Of a DNA stretch of 64,000 nt, positions 29,334-38,025 are shown one piece after another. The position numbers were made by a program, and so were the translations under genes. Location: the NCBI GenBank assembly GCA_046483075.1, contig JAWODV010000042.1:70623-134622 (forward strand). The letters run 5' to 3'. Origin of the DNA: Kosmotogaceae bacterium. GTDB lineage: Bacteria; Thermotogota; Thermotogae; Petrotogales; Kosmotogaceae. Numbering within the stretch: position 1 is the first letter of the stretch; each line of letters opens with the position of its first letter. The notes below the pieces were generated by a model that worked only from the letters and a program-made list of their open reading frames with translations, did not search any database and was not told where the DNA came from.

Positions 29334-30236
29334 ATGATCAAAAAAATTATTCTCATAAGCATTTTTATTTCCGCATTTTTTAATTTACTTTCTGCTAGCG
29401 AAGACGAGAAAAGTCTGCTTGAGAAAATTGCAAGAGATTTAAGCAATGCAGTGTATGAAGTGGAACGCTCCGTTAAGGAAGACGGTATTGCTCATGTAGT
29501 ACGTTATGAGAAAGTATACAAAAGTGGCTCAAGCAAATTGGTACTGGTGACAACACCTTATCGCAAGTATGCCTGGTATAGAAATCCAAAGGGCGAATAT
29601 GTTATTCTGGGCAATACTGCTTTGGAGCCAATGATTCCTATCAGCGATGCAGAAGATGCTTTTATTAATACGATTGAAAATGACAGATATAACATAGAAT
29701 TTTTCATAGATCTGCCTACTAGTAACAAATTCATAATTAGCGATGGAGATGTGAGATTTGAAGTAACACTTGATGAAAACAACAGATTGTTTAAACTAGT
29801 AAAAAGATATCCCTTTCATACAATTGAAGTAAACTATAAGAATTATAGTCAGCTTTCGAATGAAGGATCTTTGATGCTTTACAATATTCTGGATGAAAAA
29901 ACCGTTGTGAATTCACCAATGAAATTCTCCGAAAATTTTATCAAAAATAACTTCCACTGGAGTGCAATGGACTTTATCCCTTTGAGCGATGACATAAGAG
30001 AGTCCTCAATTTATGTGCTTTATTTATTTTCCTCAACCATGGGGAGAGTTGTCATCTATTTATTTTCTGGCATATCAACCGAAGAAATAATGGGCAAGAT
30101 AAATTCAATGTGCAACGAGTTTGGTTTAGAATATTATGTTGAAGAATTGGAGAATGATAATAATCTGGCTATTATGGGTAACCTGAATGATAAAGAATAT
30201 GAGCATTTCTTGTCTCAATTGATACCAGAAAAATAA
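29334..30236 (+). CDS. Secreted protein of unknown function, third gene of the ECF module
   Basis: 300 aa with a signal peptide (IILISIFISAFFNLLSA/SED). It starts 13 nt after the anti-sigma gene. I recognise no catalytic motif. Confidence 0.45.
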   Translation: MIKKIILISIFISAFFNLLSASEDEKSLLEKIARDLSNAVYEVERSVKEDGIAHVVRYEKVYKSGSSKLVLVTTPYRKYAWYRNPKGEYVILGNTALEPMIPISDAEDAFINTIENDRYNIEFFIDLPTSNKFIISDGDVRFEVTLDENNRLFKLVKRYPFHTIEVNYKNYSQLSNEGSLMLYNILDEKTVVNSPMKFSENFIKNNFHWSAMDFIPLSDDIRESSIYVLYLFSSTMGRVVIYLFSGISTEEIMGKINSMCNEFGLEYYVEELENDNNLAIMGNLNDKEYEHFLSQLIPEK

Positions 30237-30280
30237 AAAGAGTATAATCTTTTGCATACTCAGTTAACGTATCGTTAATG

Positions 30281-30308
30281 AGCATCTTTAAAAGGATGCT
30301 TTGTTTTA
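30281..30308 (+). terminator. Rho-independent terminator of the ECF module
   Basis: AGCATC(t)-ttaaaa-(g)GATGCT hairpin followed by TTGTTTTATT. Confidence 0.5.
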
Positions 30309-30326
30309 TTGTATAATGAATAAAAC
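30303..30326 (+). promoter_or_regulatory. Palindromic operator overlapping the -10 box of the Fur-family gene
   Basis: GTTTTATT-gtataatg-AATAAAAC has perfect 8-bp inverted arms around an 8-bp spacer that contains TATAAT (30312-30317). It lies 21 nt upstream of the ATG. Confidence 0.55.
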
Positions 30327-30346
30327 ACATGGGAGGCAACTAAAAT

Positions 30347-30772
30347 ATGTTGAGAACCAACGAAGCTGTAAGATATTTAAAAAATAAAGGGTACAGAATA
30401 ACACCTCAGCGTGTTGCTGTTTTAAAAGCACTTGAAGGTAATACAGAGCATCCATCAGCTGAGGAAATTTTCAGAACTGTTTTGAAGACACACCCAAATA
30501 TCTCCATAGCAACAATATACAATGTATTAGAGCTACTGGAAAAGGAAAGCTTGATAAATGCAGTTGCACGTGTAAATGGGATGAAACGTTTTGATCCAAA
30601 TACAAAGGTGCATCCTCATTTTATATGTAGAAGATGCCATAAGGTTTACGACATTCCTATAGATAGAGAAAAACTTGTTGATTGTTTTAAAGAGATTCCA
30701 CCAGAAGGTTTTATAACTGAAAATGTAAAAATTACCCTTGAAGGTATCTGTAAAAACTGCAACAAGAAATAG
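30347..30772 (+). CDS. Fur-family metalloregulator (Fur/PerR/Zur; subtype not assignable)
   Basis: 141 aa with a winged-helix N-domain (RITPQRVAVLKAL), HPHFICRRCHKVYDI and a C-terminal CKNC (two CxxC pairs). Confidence 0.85.
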   Translation: MLRTNEAVRYLKNKGYRITPQRVAVLKALEGNTEHPSAEEIFRTVLKTHPNISIATIYNVLELLEKESLINAVARVNGMKRFDPNTKVHPHFICRRCHKVYDIPIDREKLVDCFKEIPPEGFITENVKITLEGICKNCNKK

Positions 30773-30802
30773 CTTCGCTATAATGCTACTGGAGGTGTTT
30801 TG

Positions 30803-31831
30803 ATGTCCGAAAATCAACAATTTTCACTTGATGAAGCAATTAGTGAGATAGAAAACTTATCATCATTAAATGAACTTCAAAATGTTAAATCAAAATATCT
30901 GGGAAAAAAAGGCATTATCACTGCCATGTTTAAGCAAATCAAGGATATTCCAGCGGATGAAAGAAAAGACTTTGGAAAAAGTGTCAATAAATACAAGAAT
31001 GAAATAGAAAAACAACTTGAAATAAAAAGAAAGCAAATAGAAGAAGAAAAACACAAACTAAAGGAGCTCAGTCAAAAAAAAGACTTCACCATGCCAGGTG
31101 CAAAAAGAGAGATAGGTTCGTTGCATCTTATCACTCAGACTCTTAATGAAATTCAGGATATATGGGTAAGCATGGGTTTTGAAGTAGTAACGGGTCCCGA
31201 GATTGAAACGCCTTATTATAATTTCGAGGCATTAAATACTCCCGAATGGCACCCTGCAAGAGATATGCACGATACCTTTTATGTTGAAGAAAACAAACTT
31301 TTACGAACCCACACTTCTCCCGTTCAGGTAAGAACAATGGAAAACAGAGAACCTCCCATAGCAATCTTTTCTCCAGGAAGATGTTTTAGAAAAGATACGC
31401 CAGATATGACACATATCCCCATGTTCACTCAATTTGAAGTACTCTATGTTGATAGAGAAGTATCCGCTGCGCATCTTAAAGGTGTACTTGAAAATTTTGT
31501 TAAAAGGATACTTGGTGAAAAAAGAGAAGTTCGTCTTAGACCCAGCTTCTTCCCTTTCACAGAACCAAGCTTTGAAGTTGATGTTTCCTGTGGAATCTGT
31601 ATGGGAAAAGGTTGTAGAAGCTGTGGAGGTACTGGTTGGGTAGAAATACTGGGTGCCGGGATAGTTCATCCCAATGTTTTGAGTAATGTTGGATATGATC
31701 CAGAAAAATGGTCAGGCTTTGCCCTGGGTACCGGCGTGGAAAGAATTGCTATGCTTAAATATAATCTTTCAGATATTCGAGATCTTTTACGTAATGATAA
31801 ACGATTTCTTAAAGCATTCAGGGGGGGGTAG
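30803..31831 (+). CDS. pheS: Phenylalanine-tRNA ligase alpha subunit
   Basis: Class II motifs are present (LRTHTSPVQVR, FRKDTPDMTHIPMFTQFE, GFALGTGVERIAML). The ATG at 30803 follows GGAGGTG. Confidence 0.95.
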   Translation: MSENQQFSLDEAISEIENLSSLNELQNVKSKYLGKKGIITAMFKQIKDIPADERKDFGKSVNKYKNEIEKQLEIKRKQIEEEKHKLKELSQKKDFTMPGAKREIGSLHLITQTLNEIQDIWVSMGFEVVTGPEIETPYYNFEALNTPEWHPARDMHDTFYVEENKLLRTHTSPVQVRTMENREPPIAIFSPGRCFRKDTPDMTHIPMFTQFEVLYVDREVSAAHLKGVLENFVKRILGEKREVRLRPSFFPFTEPSFEVDVSCGICMGKGCRSCGGTGWVEILGAGIVHPNVLSNVGYDPEKWSGFALGTGVERIAMLKYNLSDIRDLLRNDKRFLKAFRGG

Positions 31832-31835
31832 TTGA

Positions 31836-34184
31836 ATGAGATATCCAGTTGAATGGATAAAAGATAACGTAAAACTACCTGATATTACTGACAGAGAACT
31901 ATCAAGAAAAGTATCATTAAGTGGCACTGAAGTAGAATCTATTGAATATCCATGGAACTATATTGAGGGAGCTATGTCAGCAAGAATAGAAAAAGTCGAA
32001 AAGCATCCTGGTGCCGACAATCTTGTTATTACAGAAGTTAATACAGGTAAAGAAAAGGCTGCAATAGTTACCTCTGACAAAACAGTAAAAAAAGGAGAGT
32101 ATGTAATAGCAATACTTAAGGGGGGCAAAATCTGGGATTTAGAAATAAGAGAACGTGAGTTCCAGGGCAAAATCTCCGAAGGTATGTTTATCTCACTTGA
32201 AGAAATGAAATTTGAAGAAAAGTCTGAGAGAATTTTTCGTTTTGACCAACCTGTGGAACTGGGTATCGATGCAAAAAAACTTCTTAAACTCGATTCTCCG
32301 GTAATTGAAGTAGAACTAACTGCAAACAGAGGTGACTGCCTGTCAATACTTGGGATAGCCAGGGAATTCTCTGCAATTTTTAACGAAGATATCTCTCTTC
32401 CTCCGGCAAAGAGTAATCCCGAAGGCAACGAAAAATTAACCGTTAAGATAGATGATGATGGTTGTATTAGGTATACTGCTTTGATGATTGATAATATAGA
32501 GATCAAACCTTCACCGCTATGGCTTAAAAGAAGGCTCATTTCAGCGGGGCTTAGACCAATAAACAATGTTGTTGATATTACCAACTATATTATGCTTGAA
32601 ACAGGACATCCCGTTCATGCTTTTGATGTTGATAAAATTGGTGGTTCAAAAATTGTTGTCCGATCTTCAAAGACCAACGAAAGAATCACGCTACTGGATG
32701 GAACAGAGATTGAATTAAAGCCAGATGATCTATTAATAACTAATGGAAAAGAACCTCTGGCGCTGGCAGGTATTATGGGTGGAGTAAATTCAGGTATTTC
32801 CGAAAGGACCAATAAAGTTCTTCTGGAGGTAGCTGTGTTTGACCCAATTCGAATTAGAAAGACATCCCGTAGATTGGGGCTTACCACTGATAGTTCATAC
32901 AGATTTGAAAGAGGTGTCGATTCTGAAAACTCTGAATATGTAATAAAGCGCCTTGCAGATTTACTCATTGATCTTGCAGATGCAAAACCGGTAACAAAAA
33001 TTGTTGACGAAGGAACCACCTTTCAAAAGAAAAAAATACATCTGAGGAAGTGGAAGGTTGATCAGGTACTTGGTTCAGTAATTCCAATAGATAGTATCTC
33101 AGAAATACTGAACAAACTCAGCTTTTCACTTGAAGTAAAGGGTGATGGATGGGATGTGACTGTTCCATCACACAGATTTGATATCGAGCAAGAGATTGAT
33201 CTCGTCGAAGAAATTGGTAGAATATATGGATATGACAGAATAAATTCAAAAATTCCACAACTACCTGCAAAGGGAGCAGGTATTCCCTTAGAACTTAAAA
33301 AAATAAGGAAAGTTAAAAATGTTTTGAGCGGTCTTGGATTTTTCGAAACTATCACATACAGTTTTATCAGTCCTGAAGGCCCGGAAAAATTAGGACAGAC
33401 TTACAAAATGTTACAAAATCCATTGTCTCTTGATATGGCAGCGCTCAGACCATCCCAAATTTATGGATTATTGGACGTAGCTTCTTATAACATAAGAAGG
33501 CAAAATGTTGATTTGAAATTATTTGAAATAGGCAATATTTTCACATCCGATTCAAAGGAAAAGAAGGTTCTGGGACTACTTGAGACCGGAGTGGAGAATC
33601 CCGAAGACTACACCGATAAAAGAGAAATTTCCTTCTATAGCTTTAAGGGAAAACTGGAGACAATTCTCGAATCTCTTGGGTATAACTTTAGTTTTACAAA
33701 ATCAGAAGAGACTTTTCTAGAAGAACGTGCCTCCTTTGATATTCAACTTGACGGAAAGAAAATTGGCTTTGCCGGTATAATGGACACCAGAATTATTGAA
33801 AAAGATTACGACATAAAAAATCAGGACGTTTATGTAGCCGAGATTGAACTAACTGATCTAGAGTCTAAAAATATTATTCATAAAGAAAAATTTGCAATTT
33901 CTCAGTATCCGAGGGTTTTCAGAGATCTCTCCTTCATTATGAAACGGAATATGCCCTACGAAGAAATTGAAAAGGCAATTGTTAATAGTTCAGATGAAAT
34001 ACTAAGTGAGATAAAACTTAAAGATATTTACACGGGTAAGGGTATTCCAGAAGGTGAAAAAAGTGTGACTATAACTCTGATTTTTGAATCCTTTAACGAA
34101 ACGCTAAAAGATGAAAAGGTTAATGCTGAGGTTAATAAAATTATAGAAGCAATTGAAACCCTTGGAGTGAAATTACGTGGATGA
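31836..34184 (+). CDS. pheT: Phenylalanine-tRNA ligase beta subunit
   Basis: 782 aa with an N-terminal tRNA-binding OB domain, B3/4 and B5 domains (HRFDIEQEIDLVEEIGRIYGYD) and a C-terminal FDX-ACB domain. Confidence 0.95.
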   Translation: MRYPVEWIKDNVKLPDITDRELSRKVSLSGTEVESIEYPWNYIEGAMSARIEKVEKHPGADNLVITEVNTGKEKAAIVTSDKTVKKGEYVIAILKGGKIWDLEIREREFQGKISEGMFISLEEMKFEEKSERIFRFDQPVELGIDAKKLLKLDSPVIEVELTANRGDCLSILGIAREFSAIFNEDISLPPAKSNPEGNEKLTVKIDDDGCIRYTALMIDNIEIKPSPLWLKRRLISAGLRPINNVVDITNYIMLETGHPVHAFDVDKIGGSKIVVRSSKTNERITLLDGTEIELKPDDLLITNGKEPLALAGIMGGVNSGISERTNKVLLEVAVFDPIRIRKTSRRLGLTTDSSYRFERGVDSENSEYVIKRLADLLIDLADAKPVTKIVDEGTTFQKKKIHLRKWKVDQVLGSVIPIDSISEILNKLSFSLEVKGDGWDVTVPSHRFDIEQEIDLVEEIGRIYGYDRINSKIPQLPAKGAGIPLELKKIRKVKNVLSGLGFFETITYSFISPEGPEKLGQTYKMLQNPLSLDMAALRPSQIYGLLDVASYNIRRQNVDLKLFEIGNIFTSDSKEKKVLGLLETGVENPEDYTDKREISFYSFKGKLETILESLGYNFSFTKSEETFLEERASFDIQLDGKKIGFAGIMDTRIIEKDYDIKNQDVYVAEIELTDLESKNIIHKEKFAISQYPRVFRDLSFIMKRNMPYEEIEKAIVNSSDEILSEIKLKDIYTGKGIPEGEKSVTITLIFESFNETLKDEKVNAEVNKIIEAIETLGVKLRG

Positions 34185-34968
34185 AGCGGGGCTATCATCC
34201 ATTGCAAGAAAATTAGAGGAAAAGATAAAAGAACTCTGGAAATTACTAAATTTGGAAACTCGAAAAAACATAAAAAGGAAATCAGGGTTTAGAGATATAG
34301 TTACAGAAGCCGATTTACAAATGGAGAATTGGATAAAATCATATGTACATAAACTGCTCCCCGAAGCTTCTTTCCTTGGAGAAGAAACTTCAGAAGTTAC
34401 CAGGGGCGAACTATTGTGGATACTCGATCCTATTGATGGTACAACCAATTTTTCTCGAATGAATCCGCATTTTTCAACAAGTATAGCTCTTGTTAATAAA
34501 GATGAAGTTCTTTTAGGGGTTACTTATGATCCATCCACAAATGAAATGTTCACATCTGTAAAAACCAAAGGAGCCTTTCTAAACGGAAAGCAGATTCATA
34601 CGAGTAATATCGAGAAGTTAACAGAGTGCTCTGTTCATACCGGGCTACAATACTCCTCATCAAATTCATACGAAAGACTCTGTGAAAGAATGAATAAAGC
34701 CATAAGAAAATGTCGGGCCCTAAGAATTACAGGCAGTGCGTGCCTGGATTTGTGCTATGTTTCAGCTGGTAGAGCTGAAGTTTTTTGGGAAGAAAACTTG
34801 AAACCCTGGGATGTCGCAGCTGGAATAATAATTGTACATGAAGCGGGAGGAAGCGTTTCAAGTTGTTTAGATGAGAAATTCGATCTATTCCATCCAAATA
34901 TCTATGCAACAAACGGAAATAAAAAATTATCTAATGATTTTTACAACAAGGTGCTTAATAATTGCTGA
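34177..34968 (+). CDS. suhB: Inositol monophosphatase family protein (IMPase/FBPase type)
   Basis: 263 aa with motifs FLGEE, WILDPIDGTTNF and WDVAAG. The GTG start overlaps the pheT stop. Confidence 0.8.
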   Translation: MDEAGLSSIARKLEEKIKELWKLLNLETRKNIKRKSGFRDIVTEADLQMENWIKSYVHKLLPEASFLGEETSEVTRGELLWILDPIDGTTNFSRMNPHFSTSIALVNKDEVLLGVTYDPSTNEMFTSVKTKGAFLNGKQIHTSNIEKLTECSVHTGLQYSSSNSYERLCERMNKAIRKCRALRITGSACLDLCYVSAGRAEVFWEENLKPWDVAAGIIIVHEAGGSVSSCLDEKFDLFHPNIYATNGNKKLSNDFYNKVLNNC

Positions 34969-36061
34969 GCTTTTTTTGAACTGCTGATATTACCTGATCC
35001 ATATTGTAATACTTATATTCTGCCAATCGACCAACTAACAAAAAATTTCGACTACTTTCCAGTTGTTCTACCTCTTCCATATATCTTGTACGTCGTTCTA
35101 TATTCTCATTTGTGGGAACAATGTAATATGGCTCACCTTCTTCTTTAGGATATTCAAAGCAAACAGTTGTTTTATTTGTATTCTGTCCTTCCTTCAGAAA
35201 ATGCTTGAATTCAGTTATCCTTGTCCAGTCATAGTCACCCGGATAATTCACCACAGATACTGGTTGATAATATTCCTTTTCAAAAGTCTTTAGTTTTAAC
35301 TCAAGCGAACGATATTGCAGTCTTCCATATTTGTAATCAAAAAATCTGTCCAGTTCTCCTGTATAAACTGTCAAATCGCACGAAAGATCATCTTTTATTT
35401 CAAAGTAATCAGCACCCGCAAGTATAGATATATTGTTGTGATTCAACATATTTCTAACAAGCGTTGTATAGCCATTTAATGGAATTCCCTGATATTTGTC
35501 AGAAAAATATCTGTCATCACGATTTGTCCTTACAGGTATTCTTTTTGCCAACCCGGGCGACAGATTTTCAGGATCAGTTTCCCATTGTTTTCGTGTATAA
35601 CCTTCGAAAAACTTTCTGTAAAGGTAATCTCCAACCTGTGAAATAACCGCATCTTTGAAATTCTTTGGTGGATTAGAAAAAACCGAATCCTTTACTTCAT
35701 TTTTTAGAAAATCTCTGACTTCCTTTGAACCAATGCTAACACCATACAACTGGCAGATGGTATCTCTATTTATTGGAAAGGTCACATACATGCCGTCAAC
35801 ATAACTTCTTACCCTGTGTTGATAATATTCAAATTCTGAAAACCTATTAACAAAATTCCATGCATTTTCATCGTTTGTGTGGAAAATATGAGGACCATAT
35901 TTATGTATGGTTATTCCATTTTTATCCTTATAGTCATAGCAGTGTCCGGCAATATGATTCAATCGTTCAATAACCAGAACAGTATTCCCCCGTTCTGCAA
36001 GTAATCTCGCTGCTGTTGATCCTGCCAGACCTGCACCAACCACTATTATGTTCCATTTCAT
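34955..36061 (-). CDS. glf: UDP-galactopyranose mutase
   Basis: FAD Rossmann motif IIVVGAGLAGSTAA and the block HIAGHCYDYKDKNGITIHKYGPHIFHT typical of Glf. I place the start at ATG 36061 (MKWNIIVVG), not 36097. Confidence 0.9.
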   Translation of the reverse strand: MKWNIIVVGAGLAGSTAARLLAERGNTVLVIERLNHIAGHCYDYKDKNGITIHKYGPHIFHTNDENAWNFVNRFSEFEYYQHRVRSYVDGMYVTFPINRDTICQLYGVSIGSKEVRDFLKNEVKDSVFSNPPKNFKDAVISQVGDYLYRKFFEGYTRKQWETDPENLSPGLAKRIPVRTNRDDRYFSDKYQGIPLNGYTTLVRNMLNHNNISILAGADYFEIKDDLSCDLTVYTGELDRFFDYKYGRLQYRSLELKLKTFEKEYYQPVSVVNYPGDYDWTRITEFKHFLKEGQNTNKTTVCFEYPKEEGEPYYIVPTNENIERRTRYMEEVEQLESSRNFLLVGRLAEYKYYNMDQVISAVQKKLSNY

Positions 36062-36065
36062 AAAA

Positions 36066-36962
36066 TCACTCCCCGACACTTTTTTGTCCAGGTTCAATTG
36101 TACGGCCTTTCACTCCGTTCAAACCATCATTCATACCTTTTTTTGCAAAGGGTACAACCTCTGGTTTGACTATTTTCCAGATAAGGAGGTCAAAACTAAA
36201 ATACAATTTTAGAAAAAACTTTACAAACCCATTGTTGTGAAACATCAAAAAGGCATTTCTGAACACATAATATACCTTCCATGCAGCCATATCCGGTTTT
36301 GAAAAACACCATCTTTGGAGTCTGTCAAGTTTAGACCAATCCCTGTGCAGTATATAGCTACCCTTTACTGTATATGTTTTGTAACCTATTTTTTTTGCTC
36401 TAAAGGTATATTCCGCATCATCATAATAAAGAAAGAATTTTTTATCCGGAAATCCTATTTTCCCAATTACTTCAGATTTTATGAAATAACCAACAAACAT
36501 CCCAAAAATTCTCATTTTTTTGCCAGGTTTGCGATTTTCTTCAACAAGTCTCTCAAATTCTTCAGGATTTGTAATCATTTGGTTTTGAAGAACTCCTATT
36601 CGCTTTTTCAATCTATCCGGCTGTGAATTGTAGAATTCAAGCAACTTCTTGAGAGCATTTTTTGCTGGGAAGGCATCATCATCCATCAGCCATATCCAAT
36701 CAACAGCATAATTATCATAAATATGGTGTATTCCACGAGAAAACCCTCCCGCTCCTCCCAGGTTCTCGCCGGTATTTAAAACCTCCAGACTATCTTTGTT
36801 TCTCTGATAATCTTCAAGAAAACTCTCTGTATCATCCGCGCTACCGTTGTTAACCACAACAACATGGTCAGGTGCCCTGGTCTGCTGAAATATCAGGTTA
36901 AGTGTTTTTTCAAGTAAGTCTCTACGATTAAAGGTTACTACCAGTGCTGCAATTTTTGACAT
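36066..36962 (-). CDS. Family 2 glycosyltransferase (candidate galactofuranosyltransferase)
   Basis: 298 aa with a GT-A fold opening (AALVVTFNRRDLL) and a DxD motif (WLMDDDAFP). It lies immediately upstream of glf. Confidence 0.75.
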   Translation of the reverse strand: MSKIAALVVTFNRRDLLEKTLNLIFQQTRAPDHVVVVNNGSADDTESFLEDYQRNKDSLEVLNTGENLGGAGGFSRGIHHIYDNYAVDWIWLMDDDAFPAKNALKKLLEFYNSQPDRLKKRIGVLQNQMITNPEEFERLVEENRKPGKKMRIFGMFVGYFIKSEVIGKIGFPDKKFFLYYDDAEYTFRAKKIGYKTYTVKGSYILHRDWSKLDRLQRWCFSKPDMAAWKVYYVFRNAFLMFHNNGFVKFFLKLYFSFDLLIWKIVKPEVVPFAKKGMNDGLNGVKGRTIEPGQKSVGE

Positions 36963-38013
36963 TCGAAGATTTCCTCCAGAAATTATGAATTACTAAATAA
37001 ATTATCTCAAAGAATATGTGAAAGTAAAATGTAGCGAAACGCCAGACAATAACACCTGCCACAATCTTCGATGGATTGAAAGCGAGTCCGCTAAGTACAA
37101 GATTGTAGACACCTTCTACACTTCCGCTAGCTCCGGGACTGGGTATATAGTAAACCACGAGGTTCAGTGTAAGAAACAGTAAAAACAAATCCCAGATACC
37201 TATATTGATTCCACCAACCATATTCAAAACAACATAAAGAGAAAGCGCTTGAAAGAAAATCACCGTGCCCCCCAGTAAAAGATCCACGAGAATAAAAAAG
37301 ATTTTTTTGTTCCAGAGAAAAGCAATACTTTTTTCAAATTTCGCAACCCATTTTTCAAAGGATTCAAGCAGTTCTTCTTTTTTTAAAATCTTTCTCAGAA
37401 ATTTCCCAATAAATGTTCTATCAACAAACGCCAATAAATGATAAAGCACCCGAGGTTTCCACAGAAGTAAACCAAAAATAAAAACCGTAGAAGCTGCCAC
37501 AATCAAGCCAAGGATAATGAACTTTGATGCTATTCCTCCACTCATTCTTAACAAAGATAGTATAGTTTTCAAAAATAATATCACGGTTACAGTTGAAAAA
37601 ATCAGAAACTCAGTGAACCTCGACATAAAAATATTTGTGGCATCTTCTGAATTCACACCAATTGTGGTTAAGTGATACGCCTGAAAAGGTTGCCCTCCGC
37701 TTGCCATAGGGGTTAGATTAGACACAAAATAACCTACTATGCTGTTGTACATCGCATCGTTCAGCGAAATTTGAATTCTTAGCTGGGAAGTTATCAATTT
37801 CAGCCTGATTGTATCTATTACATAGATAACTGAAAAAATTAAAAATGGATAGAGTAGTATCTTATAATTGACAGCTTTTAATACAGCAATTACTTCTTTA
37901 ATATCAAAAATAAATGAAATAACTATATTAACAACCAGTCCTATGGCTAAAACCAGTAAGACCGTCCAGAATATATTTTTTCTACTGCTGGTTAGTTCCT
38001 TTCCTGTTTTCAT
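36928..38013 (-). CDS. Polytopic membrane protein, UPF0104 / lysyl-PG-synthase-TM (flippase-like) type
   Basis: 361 aa with about 8 hydrophobic helices and no soluble domain. Its placement between two glycosyltransferase genes is typical of this family. It overlaps the GT2 gene by 35 nt. Confidence 0.55.
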   Translation of the reverse strand: MKTGKELTSSRKNIFWTVLLVLAIGLVVNIVISFIFDIKEVIAVLKAVNYKILLYPFLIFSVIYVIDTIRLKLITSQLRIQISLNDAMYNSIVGYFVSNLTPMASGGQPFQAYHLTTIGVNSEDATNIFMSRFTEFLIFSTVTVILFLKTILSLLRMSGGIASKFIILGLIVAASTVFIFGLLLWKPRVLYHLLAFVDRTFIGKFLRKILKKEELLESFEKWVAKFEKSIAFLWNKKIFFILVDLLLGGTVIFFQALSLYVVLNMVGGINIGIWDLFLLFLTLNLVVYYIPSPGASGSVEGVYNLVLSGLAFNPSKIVAGVIVWRFATFYFHIFFEIIYLVIHNFWRKSSNVKNCSTGSNL

Positions 38014-38025
38014 AGTTCCTCCACA

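Noticed and set aside
31958-33019. Long antisense ORFs inside pheT (208 aa and 134 aa). Similar cases lie inside recG (1496-1927), ftsZ (49965-50405), oraE (43485-43919) and mnmE/mfd (20119-20547).
   Set aside because: All lie wholly within strongly supported genes on the opposite strand. They have Ser/Ile/Leu/Phe-rich low-complexity translations typical of shadow frames in AT-rich genomes, and none has an SD.
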